A stretch of 64,000 nt of DNA, from assembly GCA_045401115.1 (NCBI GenBank), contig CP174359.1, forward strand, positions 419,247 to 483,246, read 5' to 3'. Within the stretch, counting starts at the first letter, position 1. The number at the start of each line of letters is the position of its first letter. The notes beneath the pieces were generated by a model that saw only the letters and a program-made list of their open reading frames with translations, searched no databases and had not been told where the DNA came from. The position numbers were made by a program, and so were the translations under genes. This document shows positions 59,001-64,000 of the stretch, one piece after another. This DNA is from Candidatus Phycocordibacter aenigmaticus. GTDB lineage: Bacteria; Patescibacteriota; Minisyncoccia; Phycocordibacterales; Phycocordibacteraceae.

Positions 59001-59936
59001 ATGGTGACATCCACTCAAAGTATAGTAAGATTTTTTTTACCTATCTTAGGGGTGGTGGTTTTGTTTATTGTAGTTGGTTGGTTTTCTATTACAGAACAAG
59101 ATCGGAGCCAAGATACACCCTCCACTTCTTTTCCGGCACTCGATGGACTCTCTTTTCTTGTAGAATCTGATGAGGGCGATTGGTATAGCGTACAACAAAA
59201 AACTTCAGATGGATTCGTGACACAAACACCGGAATTTACTGGAACAATAATTGACTATGCGCGTCAAGGAGAAGTCGAAGCACTTATCCAATCTAAGGAT
59301 GGTTTTCATCAAGTACTTTATAGGGAAAAAGAAGGCGATTGGCGCGTCGTGTCTGAGAGTCCTTTCGAAAAAGCAACACTGAAACTCTCTGAAGATGGCA
59401 CATTACTAGGTTTTTCTGAACGCACAGAAACAGAGATGGATTCAGCTGACTTTGAAGCATGGCAAATTGTTGTTTACTCTCTTGAAACTTCTGAAAGTAC
59501 ATTAATTTCAGGATACGCGCCGCAGTTTGTAACGGTCACTGAGGGATGGACACTAATATATTTCAGTTCTTCTTTAGGTTTGGCAATGTATGAACCAATA
59601 TCAGGAGACATTATCTATTCAGAAGACATTACACCGGTATCCACTCGGCTACCGGTAAAAATTTCTTCTGATGGCACAACGTTGATTTCATACAATGAGA
59701 CTACTCAAGATTTTGTAATCTTTGATTTACAAAATCCAACCACTATTGGTCTTAATGCGCTTGGTACTCTTCCGCCGTATAATGATATATATAAAAAAGA
59801 CGGACTACTATTCGGTCTTGATATACGTGAAAAGGAAAGTTTTATGTGGGTGCATGCGTTGGATCGTTTAGACGAAGGAGAGCAAATATATACTTTTCCT
59901 GAAAACATTATTCCGCTTAAATTTTCATCATCATAA
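59001..59936 (+). CDS. Membrane-anchored beta-propeller/TolB-like protein (paralog)
   Basis: Same motifs as 58024-58992; LSEDG and ISSDG blade-like motifs. Confidence 0.65.
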   Translation: MVTSTQSIVRFFLPILGVVVLFIVVGWFSITEQDRSQDTPSTSFPALDGLSFLVESDEGDWYSVQQKTSDGFVTQTPEFTGTIIDYARQGEVEALIQSKDGFHQVLYREKEGDWRVVSESPFEKATLKLSEDGTLLGFSERTETEMDSADFEAWQIVVYSLETSESTLISGYAPQFVTVTEGWTLIYFSSSLGLAMYEPISGDIIYSEDITPVSTRLPVKISSDGTTLISYNETTQDFVIFDLQNPTTIGLNALGTLPPYNDIYKKDGLLFGLDIREKESFMWVHALDRLDEGEQIYTFPENIIPLKFSSS

Positions 59937-59944
59937 ATTAATTT

Positions 59945-62900
59945 ATGCACGCTATTTTTAAAGCAACACGTCACCGTATTTTTCTCGCCACCATTGTGGG
60001 TATGTTGGTTCTTTTTCCTATAGGTGTTGACGCGTTCCTTGACTTTAATGGAGGTGGTTTTTTTAATCCTGATCCAGGCGATCAAGGATTCCCTAATCCA
60101 GGCGGAGGCGGACCTCTTAGTATTAGTTGTGGAGCTACTCCTCGAACAATTTCTTCAGGAGGATCAGTTAATTGGTTCTCTTCTGTGTCAGGAGGAACTG
60201 GTTCTTATACGTATTCATGGAGTGGGACTAATGGGTTGTCTGGTAACGCGTCAAATGTGTTTAAAACATATAGTACTGTAGGTACTAAAACAGCACAGGT
60301 TACTGTATATAGTGGCGGACAAACGGCAAGCGATACATGTGGGACGGTACAAGTAAGCGCTCCAACACCAAGTCCGACAGTATCATTATCAGCGAACCCA
60401 ACATCAATTGCAGCAGGAAATACCTCAACACTTTCATGGTCGTCATCTAACGCCACGAGTTGTACCGGTTCAGGATTCAGCACCGGAGGCGCTACGAGTG
60501 GTTCACGTTCGGTGTCGCCAAGTTCGAACACCACATACGGTATTGTTTGTAGTGGCGCAGGAGGAACAGTATATAAAGCAGCATCGGTTTCAGTAACTCA
60601 AGCGGTAGCAACCAATCTTTCCATCTACCCAACATCAATTGTACGCGGAAATTCTGCAACCATCTCATGGTCGTCATCTAACGCCACGAGTTGTACCGGT
60701 TCAGGATTCAGCACCGGAGGCGCTACGAGTGGTTCACGTTCGGTGTCGCCAAGTTCTTCAACAACATATAGTGTGACCTGTCAAAATTCAGTTTCATCAT
60801 CTTCGAAGAGTAGGACATTGACCGTCACCACTCCAACTCCAGCCCCAACCGCCTCACTCTCAGCATCACCGTCATCACTTACGCAAGGCCAGTACACAAC
60901 ACTTTCATGGTCGTCATCTAATGCCAGTAGTTGTGCTGGTTCCGGGTTTAGCACCTCAAACCGTACCAGCGGTTCAGTGACCATATCACCAAACAGCACC
61001 ACAAATTATTCGGTGACGTGTTACGGCACAGGCGGAACCGCATCTGATAGTTCACGAGTGACCGTTACCACGCCACTTCCATCATCATGTAGCAGTGGTT
61101 CTCGTCAAACAGTGAGTATGGCGTTATATAACACAAATAATGAGGCATCAGGTATCTGGGGCAGTGCAAGTATTAATAGTTCATATGCTCCGGGTGAGAC
61201 GATACGCGCAACTGGCTCATTATGGTCAGACGATTATCCACGTGCGTGTCCTTCACTATCTATTAACGGCACCTCATTTAATCTTGGTTGTCAGTTGCAA
61301 CTAGCACCAAGCAAAGTGCTCACAGTTGGTACAGCACCATCAACTCCAGGAACGTATCAAATGTGGTGGGCAGTGGGCAGCACAGGAAGCTATCGACTTG
61401 ATCGTATTTGTCCTATGACATATACCGTTGTTGCACCCGCCCCAACCACCTCACTCTCCGCATCACCTTCTTCTATTACACGTGGTGACAACAGTACACT
61501 TTCATGGTCATCGACTAATGCCACAAGCTGTTCTGGGAATGGTTTTAACACTTCAAACCGTACCAGCGGCTCGGTATCCGTATCACCAAACAGCACCACA
61601 AATTATTCGGTGACGTGTACTGGTGGTGGGGGAAGTCGTTCAGATTCTAGCACTGTTACTGTCACCACTCCAACTCCAGCCCCAACCGCCTCACTCTCAG
61701 CATCACCGTCATCACTTACGCAAGGCCAGTACACAACACTTTCATGGTCGTCATCTAATGCCAGTAGTTGTGCTGGTTCCGGGTTTAGCACCTCAAACCG
61801 TACCAGCGGTTCAGTGACCATATCACCAAACAGCACCACAAATTATTCGGTGACGTGTTACGGCACAGGCGGAACCGCATCTGATAGTTCACGAGTGACC
61901 GTTACCACGCCACTTCCATCATCATGTAGCAGTGGTTCTCGTCAAACAGTGAGTATGGCGTTATATAACACAAATAATGAGGCATCAGGTATCTGGGGCA
62001 GTGCAAGTATTAATAGTTCATATGCTCCGGGTGAGACGATACGCGCAACTGGCTCATTATGGTCAGACGATTATCCACGTGCGTGTCCTTCACTATCTAT
62101 TAACGGCACCTCATTTAATCTTGGTTGTCAGTTGCAACTAGCACCAAGCAAAGTGCTCACAGTTGGTACAGCACCATCAACTCCAGGAACGTATCAAATG
62201 TGGTGGGCAGTGGGCAGCACAGGAAGCTATCGACTTGATCGTATTTGTCCTATGACATATACCGTTGTTGCACCCGCCCCAACCACCTCACTCTCCGCAT
62301 CACCTTCTTCTATTACACGTGGTGACAACAGTACACTTTCATGGTCATCGACTAATGCCACAAGCTGTTCTGGGAATGGTTTTAACACTTCAAACCGTAC
62401 CAGCGGCTCGGTATCCGTATCACCAAACAGCACCACAAATTATTCGGTGACGTGTACTGGTGGTGGGGGTTCAGATTCTGATACGGCTCGTGTCACTGTT
62501 AATGATCCGCCTCCAGAACCAACGGCAAATATTTCTGTGAACCCGTCTACAATTATCCGTGGAAACAGCAGTACGCTTTCATGGTCATCGACTGCCGCAA
62601 GTTTTTGTACTGGCTCAGGATTCAGCACTTCAAACCGTACGAGTGGCTCGGTATCCGTATCACCAAACAGCACCACAAATTATTCGGTGACGTGTAGTGG
62701 AACTGGTGGCAGTGATTCTGACACTGCGCGCGTGACTGTAAACGACCCCGCCCCAACCACCTCACTCTCCGCATCACCTTCTTCTATTACACGTGGTGAC
62801 AACAGTACACTTTCATGGTCATCGACTAATGCCACAAGCTGTTCTGGGAATGGTTTTAACACTTCAAACCGTACCAGCGGCTCGGTATCCGTATCACCAA

Positions 62901-64000
62901 ACAGCACCACAAATTATTCGGTGACGTGTACTGGTGGTGGGGGTTCAGATTCTGATACGGCTCGTGTCACTGTTAATGATCCGCCTCCAGAACCAACGGC
63001 AAATATTTCTGTGAACCCGTCTACAATTATCCGTGGAAACAGCAGTACTATTTCATGGAGTTCCGAAGATGCTACCGGATGTACTGGTTCAGGTTTTTCA
63101 ACAAGTGGTGCCACGAGCGGTTCACGTACCATTTCACCGCCTTCAAGTCGAAATTATAGTGTTACATGTTCTGGACCTGGTGGTAGTGATTCAGACACTG
63201 CGGGAATAACGGTGAACGATCCAGCTCCAACCGCCTCACTCTCAGTGTCACCGTCGTCTATTACGCGCGGTGAAACTGTCACGTTAAGTTGGTCTTCAAA
63301 TAATGCTACTCGTTGTTCTGGCGATGGCCAAGATGGTTTTTTCACTGGAGGTAATGCTTCAGGTAATATCACCATTATTCCGACTGGAAGTAAGACATAT
63401 ACTGTAAGTTGTACTGGTCCTGGCGGTAGCGCTTCTGATGGTGTATATGTGTCAGTAAGTAATCCCGCTCCAACCGCCTCACTCTCAGCATCACCATCTT
63501 CACTTACTCAAGGTGGTAATACTCGATTGAGTTGGAATTCAACCAATGCAACCCGTTGTTCTGGTGATGGGCAAGACGGTTTTTACACTAATGCGCGTAC
63601 GTCAGGTAGTGTGACTATCACTCCAAGTAGTAGTAAAACATACACTGTTACCTGTGAAGGATATGGCGGTGAAGATACTGACTCAGCTTCTGTAAGCATT
63701 TCAACACAATGCTCAGATGGCATCGACAACGATGGCGATGGGCTTATCGACCATCCAAATGACCCAGGCTGTTTTGCGGCATCAGACAATGACGAATATA
63801 ATCCACCACCAGAAGCGTCAATTTCGCTCTCAGTGTCACCTAATCCTGCACGTACCAATGAAACCGCACGACTCTCATGGACCGCACGTAATGTGGAAAA
63901 CGGATCCTGTCGTCTGACCGGTAGTAACGGAGATTCATGGAATTTGAGTGGCACACAAGGCTCTCGTACTTCATCAACACTTACCGAGGAGGTTACGTAT
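59945..64000 (+). CDS. Giant Ser/Thr-rich Ig-like repeat surface protein (>1350 aa, runs off window)
   Basis: ATG 59945; hand-translated 5' part and last bases (SRTSSTLTEEVTY) are in the same frame; signal peptide; many ~80-aa repeats; CSDGIDNDGDG near 63710. Confidence 0.85.
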   Translation, partial: MHAIFKATRHRIFLATIVGMLVLFPIGVDAFLDFNGGGFFNPDPGDQGFPNPGGGGPLSISCGATPRTISSGGSVNWFSSVSGGTGSYTYSWSGTNGLSGNASNVFKTYSTVGTKTAQVTVYSGGQTASDTCGTVQVSAPTPSPTVSLSANPTSIAAGNTSTLSWSSSNATSCTGSGFSTGGATSGSRSVSPSSNTTYGIVCSGAGGTVYKAASVSVTQAVATNLSIYPTSIVRGNSATISWSSSNATSCTGSGFSTGGATSGSRSVSPSSSTTYSVTCQNSVSSSSKSRTLTVTTPTPAPTASLSASPSSLTQGQYTTLSWSSSNASSCAGSGFSTSNRTSGSVTISPNSTTNYSVTCYGTGGTASDSSRVTVTTPLPSSCSSGSRQTVSMALYNTNNEASGIWGSASINSSYAPGETIRATGSLWSDDYPRACPSLSINGTSFNLGCQLQLAPSKVLTVGTAPSTPGTYQMWWAVGSTGSYRLDRICPMTYTVVAPAPTTSLSASPSSITRGDNSTLSWSSTNATSCSGNGFNTSNRTSGSVSVSPNSTTNYSVTCTGGGGSRSDSSTVTVTTPTPAPTASLSASPSSLTQGQYTTLSWSSSNASSCAGSGFSTSNRTSGSVTISPNSTTNYSVTCYGTGGTASDSSRVTVTTPLPSSCSSGSRQTVSMALYNTNNEASGIWGSASINSSYAPGETIRATGSLWSDDYPRACPSLSINGTSFNLGCQLQLAPSKVLTVGTAPSTPGTYQMWWAVGSTGSYRLDRICPMTYTVVAPAPTTSLSASPSSITRGDNSTLSWSSTNATSCSGNGFNTSNRTSGSVSVSPNSTTNYSVTCTGGGGSDSDTARVTVNDPPPEPTANISVNPSTIIRGNSSTLSWSSTAASFCTGSGFSTSNRTSGSVSVSPNSTTNYSVTCSGTGGSDSDTARVTVNDPAPTTSLSASPSSITRGDNSTLSWSSTNATSCSGNGFNTSNRTSGSVSVSPNSTTNYSVTCTGGGGSDSDTARVTVNDPPPEPTANISVNPSTIIRGNSSTISWSSEDATGCTGSGFSTSGATSGSRTISPPSSRNYSVTCSGPGGSDSDTAGITVNDPAPTASLSVSPSSITRGETVTLSWSSNNATRCSGDGQDGFFTGGNASGNITIIPTGSKTYTVSCTGPGGSASDGVYVSVSNPAPTASLSASPSSLTQGGNTRLSWNSTNATRCSGDGQDGFYTNARTSGSVTITPSSSKTYTVTCEGYGGEDTDSASVSISTQCSDGIDNDGDGLIDHPNDPGCFAASDNDEYNPPPEASISLSVSPNPARTNETARLSWTARNVENGSCRLTGSNGDSWNLSGTQGSRTSSTLTEEVTY
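60824..62469 (+). repeat. 837-bp-period intragenic tandem duplication
   Basis: 60824-61632 appears identical to 61661-62469; also 62273-62574 matches 62747-63048 (474-bp period). Confidence 0.9.

Noticed and set aside
60024-63954. Many short repeated ORFs on both strands
   Set aside because: Shadows of the single giant plus-strand ORF starting at 59945.

Overview
This is a gene-dense bacterial chromosome segment, most consistent with a Patescibacteria/CPR (Parcubacteria-like) genome. That assignment is an inference from the short IF-2 and RelA, clustered VirB2/TrbC-like pilins, a Gmad2 protein, large Ig-like repeat surface proteins and -10 boxes sitting directly before ATGs. The window holds housekeeping genes (gyrA end, rbfA, infB, clpB, rpmG, miaA, ahpC, parB, rel, topA, dprA, serS, dus, dnaX, nrdAB, cysS, tgt, uvrBAC) and 8 tRNA genes. 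The most unusual signal is non-coding. Five tRNA genes are followed by one or two units built as [hairpin]-[antisense copy of a tRNA 3' end]-[conserved, covarying ~100-125 nt structured core]-[sense copy of the tRNA 3' end], 8 cores in total. Some arms match a different tRNA, which suggests a mobile or retargetable tRNA-3'-end element. Other points of interest: an AT-rich membrane protein plus two MBL-fold hydrolases as an island behind tRNA-Gln (candidate defence system); two unannotated Cys-rich microproteins flanking uvrB; two RPE-like palindromic insertions; a dispersed REP-like palindrome; a pilin/M15-like peptidase fusion; and a repeat-expanding surface protein cluster. Three homopolymer frameshifts (uvrC, parB, NUDIX) suggest assembly indels. 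All calls were made by eye; no database searches were run.
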